A DNA stretch of 64,000 bases from Octopus sinensis (Eukaryota). Under the pieces are notes generated by a model that did not search any database, had not been told where the DNA came from, and saw only the letters and a list, made by a program, of their open reading frames with translations. The DNA lies in assembly GCF_006345805.1 (NCBI RefSeq), contig NC_043000.1, forward strand, positions 126,852,001 to 126,916,000, in the 5' to 3' direction. The position numbers were made by a program, and so were the translations under genes. Numbering within the stretch: the stretch's first letter is position 1; the number at the start of each line of letters is the position of its first letter. Positions 13,785 through 27,887 of this stretch are shown here, one piece after another.

Positions 13785-14163
13785 AGGAGTGGCTGTGTGG
13801 TAGGTAGCTTGCTTACCAACCACATGGTTCTGGGTTCAGTCCCACTGCGTGGCACCTTGGGCAAATGTCTTCTACTATAGCCTCGGGATGACCAAAGCCT
13901 TGTGAGTGGATTTGGTAGACAGAAACTGAAAGAAGCTCATCATATATATATATATATTGTATGTGTGTGTCTGTGTTTGTCCCCCCAACATTGCTTGACA
14001 ACCAATGCTGGTGTGTTTACATCCCTGTAACTTAGCAGTTCAGCAAAAGAGACCGATAGAATAAGTACTAGGCTTACAAAGTATAAGTTCTGGGGGCGAT
14101 TTGCTCAACTAAAGGCGGTGCTCCAGCATGGCTGCAGTCAAATGACTGAAACAAGTAAAAGAG
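13785..14163 (+). mobile_element. tRNA-derived SINE family A, full length (reference copy)
   Basis: GGAGTGGCTGTGTGG (A box), GGTTCAGTCCC (B box), central TA/TG repeat, 3' ...GACTGAAACAAGTAAAAGAG; flanking tacatag direct repeat. Confidence 0.88.
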
Positions 14164-14783
14164 TACATAGCTTAAAGTTGGAAACTTATGAATGGAAATG
14201 TAACAAATTCCAGGCACTACATCTATAGAAAATCATGTTGGCATCATGAAATCAATTCCAGTTAAGAAAGTATTCATCAGGTACTTATTCATCCTGCTTA
14301 TGCAGCCAATGCCAGGTAGATGCATAAGCAAACAGGATAAATTTAACCTGGAAAAGACTGTTGTATACTAGTCAACTCAGAACCAAGACCTAGATGTGAT
14401 AGTGTGCAGAAGATGCTTTCAATAGCTTTCATTAAGCCTATTGGAAAATTTGAAACTAGCACTGAAAGCTAACAAATGATTTGTTGTATCTTGGGAAAGT
14501 CATTATGCCAATCATAAACGTACACACACTGGTTATATTTCACTTCCTTATTATTTGTTAATTGGTTATCTATTTAACAACTAAATGATTTTTCGATATT
14601 TTAGAGATGAGGAATTCTGTACATTATTTACATTATTTACATAGGGTGAATATGTGTCCCTATGTTGTTTGTTGTTACCACAACATTTCAGCTGATTTAT
14701 TCTCCAGCCTTCATCAGGTGTCCTGGTAGAATTTTGAACTCAACCCTGGGTTTTCATTTCTACGGTATTCTTTTTTTTGCTGA

Positions 14784-14814
<31 letters not shown>

Positions 14815-16264
14815 TATTCAAGTCACTGCCTGGAATTGAACTTGCAACCTTGGGGTTAGTAGCCTGCACTCTTAACCATTACGCTATATGTCCATGAGCA
14901 TAACTGATTGATTGTTTGATTTATTATTCAGTTAATCAATCAATCAGTTGTGTTTGCCAAATTCCTTTTGTTACCATTCATAACCTCTTCAAAGACAAGC
15001 TCTCTCTACTCCGGGTCAACTTCAGGTCAGTGAATCAGTGAAACAGAACCAGTGCATGCATTTATCATTGGAATAACGACCCTCTCCAAATACAACAATA
15101 TCTGTTTCAGCACACGAGTTCACATCAACAATCTTGCAAATCAAATGCAAAATTGATTTATTAATTATTTTGTACCTCTTCTCTTCAGAATAATTTTAAC
15201 CATATCAAAAAACTTATTTACAACCAGACGAATTAAGCCAATAAGAGATAATAATTTATAAGTTCAAATACTGTGACAGTCAGTGTATTATCTTTTAGAG
15301 CTATCTAGCTCCAGCATGAAAAACTTTGGATAAAGAGACATCTAACTGAAGAAATAATAACTTAACAATAGATATAAAATTTGAAATTTATGAAAACATT
15401 CAAGCAACATTGATATCTAAATTGATAAAAAAAAAAGAAGAGTGTAAAATGATTTCTAAAATACAATTTAACTGTTGAACAATGAATGCTTGTTTATGGC
15501 AAAATATTTTGTAACCTACATTAATATGAGTATATATCATTTTGCAAATTTAATCTTTGCTAGTAAGAGGAAATTGTGGAGGGATAGTAGAATATTTTCA
15601 AAATGCTTCACTAAATCCTAATAGTTGAGCATATACAGATTTAACCATTTAAATCTGTTTTGGGACACCATTAACTATTTGACACAAGTCTATGCAGCCA
15701 CCAGTTTGGTAACAAACTGAATTAGTTTCTCGCTTCACTTAATCACTATATCAGAGGACTATGATAAAAATCTCACATTATCAAAAGAAGTCAAAAAAAG
15801 AAAAACAAAAACAAAAAAAAACGACAAACAATGCATGAAATTTCTGTCTGTTCCAGATATGTAGTGAACTGGAGAAATAACAGATAATATCTAAAATAAA
15901 AGGAAAGAATCAGAGAAATCAATAAAAACATTGCAGCAAGGAAAACTGAATTAATTATTGTGAGAAATTGTTTATTCTTAGACATCAAATATTTCTGGTA
16001 AATCTTACATTGCACTGTCGTCGTAAATGATAAATGTATCCAGTATTATTGAATGTTTCTATAACTGGCAACAATAACTGAAACTCTAACAACAACAACA
16101 ACAACCGTCGCCACCACCACAAATAATAACAACAACACATCAGCTATGACTACCAAGGCCACTATGAACTTCATTTAACTGTTCTTATTACTGTCACTGA
16201 CTACTACAAGTGTTATCCCAAAGTTCCATGTGTATGTGCGTGTGGATATATATATATTTATATG

Positions 16265-16313
<49 letters not shown>

Positions 16314-16419
16314 ATGTGTGTGTGTTTATATATATATAATTTATATTAGGTGGTGCTATTAAGTTAGACATGGCCTGGGCCATATGGCCGAAACCTATCA
16401 AAGTATCAAAGTATATATA

Positions 16420-16462
<43 letters not shown>

Positions 16463-17436
16463 TATATATGTGTGTTTATATATATAATTTATATTATATA
16501 TATATATATATCATCTGTCAACTCACTCTTGACTAGTTTGCTAATAAGGTATTATATTATATATTATTGTGTTGCAATGAACTGGAGTTTATCTTAGCTT
16601 TTATAGTATTAAGCAGTTGAAAAAATATCCCTTCTCCCTCCATCCATCTCTCCCTCTCTCACACTTTGAGTACAAAGTTAGTCTAGAGCAACTTTACGCT
16701 CAGGTGGATTCTAACTGAACACAGCATGCCAACAGGATACCCATCAAATTACAACGTCTCTGATACAAACAATGATTAATTCTACCTTAGCATCGTACCT
16801 ACTTATAATCAGGTGAACAGAGATACTGAAAGCTAAGAAACTTTACCAGTGACACAGAATGACACGGTATGGAACTGAAGGATGAGATACAAACCTTTGG
16901 AAGTTAGCTCACTTCATTAGCTATCAGTCTACACTAATCAGTACTTTTGTAGACACTATACCACTCATGAGAAAATTGGTTCAGAGTTTGGAATATTTGA
17001 ATAACAACATATATAAAGCTAAGCTATTTTACAAACCTAAGGTTTTCCTTTCATTTTTTTACTTACTATATCTGGATGTAAAGACAGTACTCATGGCTTC
17101 CATGGACTCTCTGACACTGGTAAATGAAAGATGCTTACAACACCTACATTTTCACAAAGTTGTCAACCATATAAGTACTAAGTAGGCTCTATGTTGCTTA
17201 ATTTTAGTGAATAGACAAGAATCAGTGCTTTCAACATGATATGGCTATAAACAGTTAAGAACTTATCTTCGTGTTCTCTTTAGTACAATAATTCTGTTGA
17301 AATATATTGTTGCTGTTTCAATTAATTTTGAAAATAATGCAGAATTTAATAAAATAACCTTTTTATTAGTAATCTGTTGATTGGCATAGATTAACAAGAT
17401 TAACGAGAATTTTTGATGGAAGATTTTAAATTATCT

Positions 17437-18545
17437 ATTGGTCTCTTTTGCTGAACTGCTAAGTTACAGGGATGTAAACACACCAGCATTGGTTGTCAAG
17501 CGATGTTGGGGGACAAACACAGACACACACATACAATATATATATATATATGATGAGCTTCTTTCAGTTTCTGTCTACCAAATCCACTCACAAGGCTTTG
17601 GTCGGCCCAAGACTAGTGTAGAAGAAACTTGCCCAAGGTGCCACACAGTGGGACTGAACCCGGAACCATGTGGTTGGTAAGCAAGCTACTTACCACACAG
17701 CCACTTCTACTTTAAAAAAAAAATTTTGACATAGATCTGGGGACAGTCTTCAATAAGTTGTTATCAAATGAGATAAGCATGTGAGGAATAATCTCTCCTA
17801 TAAGATATTGGCCTATAATAGATAACATTCCTTGTGGGGATTAGAGTCAGTATTACAAGCCAATAAATGTCATTTGCAATATTATACAACTAATGGTACC
17901 TACTTAAAATGAACCAACAAAAGAGCTCTTTCTCATTAAGGAACTTCTACAAATGCAGTACAGTGATGTTTAGAAAGGAGTATCTACATACATACTCTTT
18001 TACACTTTTATTTGTTTCAGTCATTTGACTGCAGCCATGCTGGAGCACTGCCTTTGATTGAAGAAATTGACCCCAGGACTTTTTCTTTGTAAGCCTAGTA
18101 CTTATTCTACCGATCTCTTTTGCTGAGCTAAGTTACATGGATGTAAACACACCAGCATTGGTTGTCAAGTGATGTGGGAGGTGGGGGACAAACACAGATA
18201 CAAATATATATTTGAGAAAAATTAAATTAATGTGTCCTATTTGTTAAAATTTCATTTATTTTTTGTGCAGCTGAAGAGGGCACTACATTTAAATTGATGT
18301 AATAATTGCATTATTCAATTAAATGGAGCTGCTTGAAACGGTCGTACTGCATCACTACTTGATATTCTGTTGCTTATTTTGATATATATATATATATATA
18401 TATATGATGGGCTTCATTCAATTTCCATCTACTGAATACACTCAGGCTTCTATAGCCTGAGGCTACAGAAGGCACTTGTCCAAAGTGTCACAGTAGAGCT
18501 GAACCCAGAACCATGTGGTTGGGAAGCAAGCTTCTTACCACACAA
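17437..18545 (-). mobile_element. Cluster of partial SINE A copies (17437-17702, 17995-18200, 18370-18545)
   Basis: Reverse-complement matches to family A. Confidence 0.75.
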
Positions 18546-18915
18546 CCTGCATCAAATATTTTTTAAATATAGCTTAAGGCTTTAGTAAATCTATATTAAT
18601 GTATGCATGTTTTGAAAAATGTGTTATCTATTATTCTATTCCATATGTATGATGAATAAAACAAATCAAGTTATCGCTTTCTATATATATTTTTTAAATA
18701 TACATAAAACATTAAAATAAACTTTCTCAGTAAAGTGTGCCAATAACTTTGCTATTTGCTCCTCGTGAAGTCAAACTGTGACTGCTTGAACTGCTAGAAG
18801 GAGCAGCCAAGATAGAGATGAATACCAACGTTTCTCATGAGGCAGGCTTGATAATTGATGAGAGATTAATTTCAGCATGAAACCAATGGTAGCCTTGTTA
18901 ACCTTCATATAAAGT

Positions 18916-18946
<31 letters not shown>

Positions 18947-19449
18947 ACACACACACTCACATATAATAAAATCAGCTAAGAGTAATAACTCAAAGTAGTT
19001 AGTAGGTAAATTTAGACTTGCACACACAAAAGATACTTTGTGCCAGATATACTAAATGACATGACTATAAGAAAAGAATGCTTTTATTTCATTGTATTTT
19101 TATTTTTATCTTACAGTCAGTCTCAAAACTTTTAGAGCCTCCTTCTGTTTATGTATGTACCTGGGTGTATTTATAGTGAGAAATATCAGAAGAGCAGAAA
19201 CTGCTACAAAAACAGATTTTTCAGCCCTAGGCTATGTGATCAAATAGACCTCTGATCAAAAACATTCCATCAGTGACATTCTAGTTTATTTTTTGACATA
19301 ATATCTCAAATGAGAGTACCTCTATATGGTCATTCCTCCTGGTAGAAATAACAGTTAAATTTCTTTCCCATCATACCCTACCATGTTGAAAATAATATAA
19401 ATGGGAAAAACATATTCTAAAAGTAACATAAGTTAATAAATAGTTGATG

Positions 19450-20205
19450 CTGGCATGGGTTGGATGGTTTGACCAGGGCTGGCAAGCTGGAAGGCTGTAC
19501 CACACTCCATGATTGTGATGATACTTGGCTTGATGAGTCCGCTTCTCAAGCATGCCATAATGCCAAAGGTCTCGGTCATTGCTTGCATGAAGCCCAACAC
19601 TCAAAAGGAGATATTCATGTGCCACTGGCATCAGCCACTTTGTATCCATGAGGCCTAATGCTTGAGAGGTGCTTTTTATGTGCCACCAGCATGGGTGCCA
19701 GTTACATGACCCCAGTATCAACCACAACTACAATTTAACTTGGTTTGTCAGGTCTTCTCAAGCACAGCATATCACCAAAGGTCTTGTCACTAGTCATTGC
19801 TTGTGTGAGGCCCAATGTTCAAAGATCAATTTTCACCACCTTGTCCTATGTCTTTCTGAGTCTACCTCTATCACAGGTTCCCTCCACAGTTAGAGATTGG
19901 CACTTCTTTACACAGCTGTCCTTGTTCATACACATCACATGACCATACAAGTGCAGTTGTCTCTCTAGCAACCACATCTGATACCTCTTATGCCTAACTT
20001 TTCTCTCAAGATGCTTACACTCAGTCGAACATGCACACTGACATTGCACATCCAATGAAGCATACTGGTTTCATTTCTTTCAAGCCTACACATGTCCTCG
20101 GCTGTCACAGCCCATGTTTCACTGCCATGTAGCATAGCTGTTTGGCAGTGGAACATGGGCTGTGACAGCCAAGGACATGCATAGGCTTGAGAGGATGAAG
20201 CCAAT
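19450..20205 (-). mobile_element. Degenerate RTE-clade LINE 3' fragment
   Basis: HGSETWAVTAED..RLERNE...LREKLGIRGIRC...ERQLHLYGHV...VEGTCDRGRLRKT matches the RTE C-terminal signature; frameshifted. Confidence 0.85.
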
Positions 20206-20454
20206 ATCAGTGGCTATTTTTTAAAAAGTTATATACACAACATCTTTCTATAATTCACACTGCATGCTATAATTCACACTGAAGAAGAATTACTAAATTC
20301 ACTCCATTTTCTCTGTCGTCCACTGAAGAAGAGCAATTTACAATATAGGTGCTACCCTTCATACTTTCAAATAATGATGGAAAAAATGATAAAAGTAAAA
20401 AAATTAAATAAAATATATAAATGTCTAACAAGCAAACAAAGATAAATTTCCTAC

Positions 20455-20769
20455 CGTTTTAAGTTTTTCCAGCATAGTTTCAATAGTATCACTATTCATT
20501 GACATAATCCTGTGTTCTGTCTTTTCACAAAATTGACAGAAGTTGTCAATGTCTACCTTTAGTTGTTTCCATCTGCCCAAACTGTCTGTAATCTGCAGAA
20601 TCCGAACATTAATTTCCATACAGACATCCATCCATTGTTTATCAAGAAGCTTCATTCTCTGCTGGAGAAGGTTGACATCTTCTGGTTGTAAAACATTGTT
20701 TAATCGGTTTACATTTGTAAACAATATTTGGTACCTCTCATCATATGAGGCAGCTGCAAGCAGAGTGTC
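20455..20769 (-). CDS. SYNE1: Exon 16 (315 nt, 0-0) DTLLAAASY...MLEKLKT
   Basis: ctttcctgcag acceptor, ACG|GTAGGA donor. Confidence 0.92.
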
Positions 20770-21374
20770 CTGCAGGAAAGGTTAGATGAAGAAATGGTTA
20801 CATAAATATAGAAAACATATTAATTACAAAACAAGATTAATTATCTAAGATACGAAGTGGAATCAAAAAGTATCTGGACTTATAACTTATCTACTGAGGC
20901 GTTGTTCTACAGTTGTTGTATCAGACAAAACTATATTTCTCTTCCTTTTAATCTCACTATTCTAGAATTCTTTTAACCTGATATTATAAAATCTTATTCC
21001 CATATCCTTTTACTTTGTTCACGGAAGGGATATCTTATTGCATATATTTTTAGATGTGAAAAGCCAGTGAATCATGACCTATAGCTAATTTTTAGAGAAG
21101 CACCAAATATAAACAAACACACACACACACACACACACACATCATCATCATTTCAACATCCACTTTTCCATGCTTGTATGAGTGAGATTTTCTACAGCTG
21201 GATGCCCTTCCTGCCACCAACTCTCACTTGTTTCCAAGCAAGTTAATATTTTCCTGTACTGGGACATATTTCCACAAAAAGACCAGAAATGAATGACATG
21301 GCTTGCATGATAGTTACACTCATTAAAATTTTTAAACAATATCAAGACAAGACACCAATGTCCCTCTTCCCCAT

Positions 21375-21375
21375 A

Positions 21376-21408
<33 letters not shown>

Positions 21409-21478
21409 ATGTATGTATGTATGTATGTATGTATGTATGTATGTATGTATGTATGTATGTATATATATGTATATATAT
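21375..21478. repeat. (TG)n/(TATG)n microsatellite
   Basis: Direct reading. Confidence 0.95.
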
Positions 21479-22074
21479 GATAGACTTCTTTTTGGTTTCC
21501 ATTTACCAAATCCATTCTCAAGGCTTTTGTTGGCTCAGGCTTATAATACAAGAGAATTTCCCAAGCTATTATATTACAGGACTTAGCCCAACACCATGAG
21601 CTTCATAAGCAAACCTTAATACCAAAACAGTGCCTTCAACAATACATGTGTGTGTGTTTGTGCATGTGTGTATAGGTACATCCAAGCATATCAACACAAA
21701 TACACACACATTTATTGAATCAATATTTTCAAATGTTACCAGACAAGTTAAAATTAGACATTTTTATGAAACACTTGTGTTAGCATTCATTTAGTAGCTG
21801 GTGTGATTTTGTTATTTTTTTTAACCCCAGGACAACGCTGACAGAGTAGACCTATGATCAAAGACCTTGCAGCCATGACTATCCCATCCTGTTCCCTAGA
21901 TATCTAACACAACATTAACCAAAGAAAGTGCCCTTTCATTTTTAAGATGGTGAGAATGTAATTTGAGTGAGATCTGTCTGCTCCTTGCTGTCTGAGCAAG
22001 TACCTGGAGAACCCCTCATTGACTCTCAGAGATGACAATATAGAAGAAAGATTACAGGCACTCTGTCAGTTATG

Positions 22075-22372
22075 ATGACAAGTATTCCAATTCCGATCAA
22101 TGGAATAGCCTGCTTGAGAAATTAACAAGTAAGTGGTTGAGCACCCCACAGACATGCTCACCCTGAATGAAGTTCTCAGGGAGATTCAACATGCCACAGA
22201 ATGTAACAAGGCTGGCCCTTTGAAATACAGGTACTATTCAGTTTTGCCAGCTGAGTGGAGTGGAGCAACGTGAAATAAAGTATCTTGCTCAAGGATACAA
22301 CACACAGCTGGGAATTGAACACACAACCTTACAATTATGAGCTGAATACCTGAAACATTAAACCATGCGCCT
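22075..22372 (-). mobile_element. SINE family D, variant 3' end
   Basis: Core CTTGAGCAAGATACTTTATTTCACGTTGCTCC on the minus strand; + strand relative at 25934-26250. Confidence 0.7.
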
Positions 22373-22611
22373 TCAATGACAATAACTTCACTGATGACTA
22401 TACAGACTGTAAGTAAATGCTGAGTATCTCACTAATGTAATCACCATAAGCTTTGTTACCTTTAAGCATGACTACAGGAATGCCCATAACCATATGTTAG
22501 CAGGATATATAAATATTTCCTTCCAGTTATCAACATAGATATGATATCAGAATCTATAAACATTCCATTCTAATTACCAATTGTAATATCTGAAATTAAA
22601 TAATTAAGTAC

Positions 22612-22932
22612 CTCGCACTGCTGGTTTTCAGCTTCTAAGTCAGCATATGATGTTGGTAAAGGTTTGGTTGTAATCTTTCTGATTTCTTTAAGCCATGCAA
22701 ACAGATCTTCTAATTCTTTCTCACAGAAATCATGCTTCTTAGTGGCATCCTGAGATTTCGCCATTTGTTCTGAAAGTGTTTTAAGAATATTTTGGCGTTT
22801 TTGTTCAAGTTGTCTCAAATTTGCTTTTAATTCCTCTGCAGAATTTCCATCCATATATTGCAGCAACTTCTGGCCATCTTTATGCAGTAACTCATAACGA
22901 TCTTCTTGTAATTTGAACTCGTTTTGAATATT
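22612..22932 (-). CDS. SYNE1: Exon 15 (321 nt, 0-0) NIQNEFKLQE...ENQQCE
   Basis: cttctttctttcttag acceptor, GAG|GTACTT donor. Confidence 0.92.
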
Positions 22933-24995
22933 CTAAGAAAGAAAGAAGATGGTGTAAGGGGGGAAAAAATAAATATAATGAAACATATTAAATAAATTAA
23001 ACAAATAATAAAGATTTTATTCTTTTGTTTTTAGCTTTTCAAAAGCAAAGTTTGTGTGTGTATGTGTGTATGCAAACATGGCTCAGTATATGACTGTAAA
23101 AACTATAGAGAGATAAATAGAATTGGATACGTTGAAACATACAAAGAAAGTAAGAAAAACAGAGAAAAATAAATACAGAGTGGGTGGGAACTAATTTTTC
23201 TTTGAAATTTCACAAAAGAAAATATTTTTAAGAGATTGAAAATTGTTAGTAAATACTAAGATTTTCGTATAGATTTTAAATTACTAAGTTTTCAGAAGCT
23301 GAAGATTACAGAATCTACTTACCTCTGTTTTAAGTGTTCAAATAGTAGAAAATGTAAGCAGTTCTTAATTTTTCAATGGTTGGGAGTGGATAGCAAATGA
23401 TATTGTGAAAATTTGACCTACTATTAAATAATATGTATACTAAATGCATGAATACATCTAAGAAAGTATTTAGGTAACTTTGCCAAATACTTCTCTTATA
23501 TTTTTAATCTAAGAAGTTAACACATGGTTAACACGCTAATAAATATGGTCACTAATTTTGAAGCACATAAAACCAATGTCCTATTTTGAAAACCAGGAAC
23601 TATTTGAGGGTTTTTCTGCAGAGTTTTAACTTTAGCTATGAGCTTCATACATAACTTATTTAAGTATGTGTGGGCGAACACAAAATATTCCAGTTGACCC
23701 ATTTCATTGATTGGTTAACTTAACTTGTAGTAAAAACTGAGGTAAGATAATAATGTCATACCACATAGTATGAAATTTTTCCTTTTCATATAGCATAGCT
23801 CAAGATTTAAGAAAATGTCATCTTGGAATATGTTAGGAAATAATAACACAGTACAAGGTTAAAAAAAGAAAAAAAGAAAAAAATCGACATAGCTTCTATG
23901 TTTTGTTAAACTTCAGTGGAATATGAACTTCTTTTCTGTCTTTTATAAGTAGCTATCAGCTATGATATATGGATAGGGTAAGGTCAAATGTTTACAGAGT
24001 TAGCTTTGTAATCATAAGACCTTGGGTTCAATACCACCCCACATGGCATTTGCACAATCATTTTAGCCATTGCCTCAGGTCAATTCAAGTTTATGAGGGA
24101 AAGTGGGTAGACAGAAATTGTGCAGAAGCCCATTGGATGCATTATACCTGTGGTTCAAATGTACAGCTTTGCTATACTGATTCTGCCTGAGCATTAGGTT
24201 AATGGTACACATGTCTACTGAATTCTCAACTACTTATAAACTAAGTCATTGAGAATGTATCTCAGTTAATCAGACAACTGAATCCTCATTGCTAAGACTG
24301 ATGGACATTCCTTTACTGTCATTTATTCACTGATATTGTATTGAGATAAACAAGAACAAATTTCTGTAGAATGATAAAACCACTACAGGTAAAAATTATT
24401 AATATGGAGGCTATGATTGCTTCAGTTGTAACATTATAGACTTATATTGAGCATTGTTAAATCTACCATTTGAGGAAACTGGTGATTGCCTGTTTTGGCA
24501 AAAATGAATCAATAGTAAAGTTTTCTCAGCCTCTGATAAAGAGCAATTGCTCAAAATGTTATACTGAAGAACTTCTCACAGTAAATAAACTTAGTGGTTT
24601 AACAAAAGATACTGATGGAATAAGTACCCAGCTTAAAAAACAAGTACTAAGGTTGATTCATTTGACTAAAAATTTTCCAAGGATAGCTGCAGCCTAAAAC
24701 AAGTAACAAATAAAAAATATATATGTATGTATTTATATATGTGTGTGTGTGTATGCATTTATATATATATATATATATATGAAGATAGATAGATAGATAA
24801 AAAGATACATAATGTGTGTGAGTGTATTTATGTTTATTCTTCCTCCACTACTCCACTACTTAACAATTGGTACTCATTTATTTATGTCCCCTTGACTTAG
24901 TGGTCCAGTAAAAGAAACTGATAAAACAAGTGTCAAGTACCATGACTGAAATAAATGTAAGGTAAAAGGGTATAAAAATGATAAGCTTTAATTAC

Positions 24996-25319
24996 TTTCA
25001 GTTTCTGGATATCATTACGAATACGTCTCATTGATGTTACATCACTACCAAGAACCTCCATGCTGGTTTGTTGATCACTTAACCAGTTGTGGAACTTGTT
25101 GCTCTGTTCATTGAAATTTTTCCATAGACTGATCAAACTATCCACCGTGTTCACTTTTTGGTTGATTCGTTTCACCACATTGTGCCACTGCTCAGATAAT
25201 AAACTTAAATTGTGTTCAAAATCTGTGTTGCCAGATTCTCCAAGTTTCTGCATTTTCTGTCCATCAGCAATAATAGCATGAAGTATCTGCTGTTTGTTGA
25301 CCAGTTCTGACTTTAATGT
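24996..25319 (-). CDS. SYNE1: Exon 14 (324 nt, 0-0) TLKSELVNKQ...DIQKLK
   Basis: tattacgcag acceptor, AAA|GTAATT donor. Confidence 0.92.
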
Positions 25320-25569
25320 CTGCGTAATACAAATATACATACAAGGTTTGTTAGAAATACAAAACGTTAAAGTTTCTCTTTACTAAATTAAATCATTAAA
25401 ATCAATGATTCACCTCAACTTTTGAGCCATTTTTTTTTCTATCTTTAACCTCTTTGTTGCCATATTTCTGTTGAAATACATTGTTTTAATTAAGTTTGAA
25501 TATTATGAAAATAATTTTGCCATTACTAAACAGATGTTTGGGACATAAATTAATATGAAATTTCCTCAC

Positions 25570-26250
25570 CCATGCATACCAGCCTTCCCTTACCATGCCA
25601 CCAATGTTATCCAAGGGAATGGCAAAGACTGATACAGCTTGGCACCAGTGATATTGCAACTCATTTCTACAGCTGGAGCAATATGAAATAAAGTATCTTG
25701 CTCAAGAACACAACACAGCCCGGTCTGGGAATCAAACTCACTACCTCATGATTGTGAGCTCAATGCTCTAACCACTGAGCCATGCAATGCAACACTGTCA
25801 CATCATGCCAAGAATTTACAGGTGTTTTGTTGCTTTCTCTGGGTAGGTTAGTATAGTAGCTGGTACCAGGAATTGAACCTGGACTGCAAATTTGCAACAC
25901 CAACAAATTACTTTCTACATATTATCTGTTAAGGCATGTGCCTCAGTGGTTAGGGTACTTGGCTCAGGATCATAAGATCACGAGTTTGTTTCCTAGTGGT
26001 ACATTGTGTTATTGAGCAAGATGTTTCATTTCATGTTACTCCAGTCCACTCAGCTGGCAAAAATGAGATGTACTTATAGGGCCAGCCTTGTCATTTTCTG
26101 TGTCATGCTAAATCTCCTTGAGAACTACATTAAGGGTATGTGTGTCTGTGGAGTGCTCAGCCACTTACATGTTAACTTTATGAGGAAACTGTTACATTGA
26201 TTGGATCAACTGGAACACTTGTCATCATAACTGGCAGAGCGCCAGTACAT
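25570..26250. mobile_element. Two SINE D copies head-to-head (25570-25785 minus, 25934-26250 plus)
   Basis: Shared TGAGCAAGA...TTTCA...CTCCAG core in opposite orientations. Confidence 0.75.
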
Positions 26251-27526
26251 CCTCTCCTGTGATGCTTAACTAAGGTTGCTTAAATAAAACTATATTTTAA
26301 GAGAGAGTTCTGAGAATATTAAGCGATACCAAGGGAAGATTATTTCATCTTGGTCTAGTGGTTAGGGTTGTTGGGTTTATGAGTATGAGATCATGGGTTC
26401 AATTCTTTGATTGATTAGTACATTGTGACCTTTGGCAATGCACTTCATTTCTTTCTGATTCAATCTACTTCGCTGGTGCAGCTCTTTCTCCTTTCAGCTG
26501 TTATATCCAGGATGTTCCACTAGGTCAAGAGTTGAAGGAGAAAAGAGAGTGTTTATGTCTGCTTGTGACTACCACCGACACCTAAACCAATTAGCGGAAG
26601 CAAGGTACATGCTATTGGGTCATTCTTAGTTCAGAGTAACGGCTATCGATTTGGTTTATTGCATCAACAAGAGAACTTTATTTACGCATGATAATGATGT
26701 TCAGGAAAACAAACACAGTAATATAAAACAACTGTTCACTACAAACAGGGAAACCTTTAGTTGTGTTTCAGCGATCCAATAGATAGTTGGATGTACTTTA
26801 ATATCAGAGGTCAAAATTAACTGCTAAGAAAATGATAATCACTTCGTCTAAACTCATTTTGCCTGGCTGTCTATAGATATTACATTACTGTTTTCCATAA
26901 TATCTGACTCTTAGATTTTGTAATATTTTTATAGCAATTGTTTTAAACAAATACAAGTTGGAGGGATACCAAATTTATGGATCATCACATGAATTGCTTG
27001 AACCAATGTTTTGACAGTAAATTTCATTCCTGATATAACAATATAAACTCAAAATAGAAACTGTAGCTATTTTCTGAAATACATTTAGAGTAACATATAT
27101 TATTTAAAGACACATCTTGATGTCTGGAGTGTCAAATGAATTCATAACCAATCATTAACATCCCTTAAGCATTTTAAACTGACCATATCTGGCCCAAATA
27201 TTGTACCTATTATGTTCAAACTGGCTAGATCTGGCCTCTCACACCTACTATACACTGTCACTTAAAAAAATAAGCAATCACATTGTTGAAATCTTGGAGC
27301 TACAAGATAATACCTGATTAATTCAAAATCCTGTGAATAAATAAGCATCACATTTGACAGAATAATCTGAATGCTAAAGGTTCAAAAGATTTCCTTTGAA
27401 ATACTGATAAGTTAACAACACATAAAATTGTAAGACAAACTCAGCATTTAATGGATAAATCTATAAATTTTGGAGATGTACTTGCATAGCAAGTGACCTG
27501 ATCTGAGATCGTGTGCTGGAAAGAAA

Positions 27527-27816
27527 ACAATTGCAGCATGGAAGGTGTTTATAAGCCATTTAAGAATCACAAAAAAACTATTAGATTCACTTCAACATTT
27601 AAATTTAATTTGTCAAAATATTTTCATCGCTTTGAGACTGCAACCTGTTCACTGACAAAATTCCGTGCTGCATCTCACGGAGTTTTGTCAGTGAACAGGT
27701 CACGGTCTGAAAGCGACAAAAATATTTTGACAAATTAAATTTAAATGTTGAAGTGAATTTAACGGATTTTGTGTGTTTCTTAAATGGCTTATAAACACCT
27801 TCCATGCTGCAATTGT
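27527..27816. repeat. 290-bp foldback: ~140-bp arms, 8-nt loop
   Basis: Hand alignment gives 13 mismatches over 140 bp and no indels. Confidence 0.95.
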
Positions 27817-27887
27817 ATAAAATATTGAAATAATAACTTCAATAAATTCCAGCTGCTGTAGAGAAATTAAATGGTAAAGTTCATTAC

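Noticed and set aside
13785-13860. tRNA gene
   Set aside because: A/B boxes are present but no cloverleaf; it continues into a dispersed SINE body, as do all similar heads
17067-17116. 50-nt segment with AG, ATGs and GTAAGT
   Set aside because: Its phases do not fit a phase-0 intron and there is no other support
27511-27805. Two similar ORFs on opposite strands as a gene pair
   Set aside because: They are a direct consequence of the palindrome; the same applies to 2303-2665
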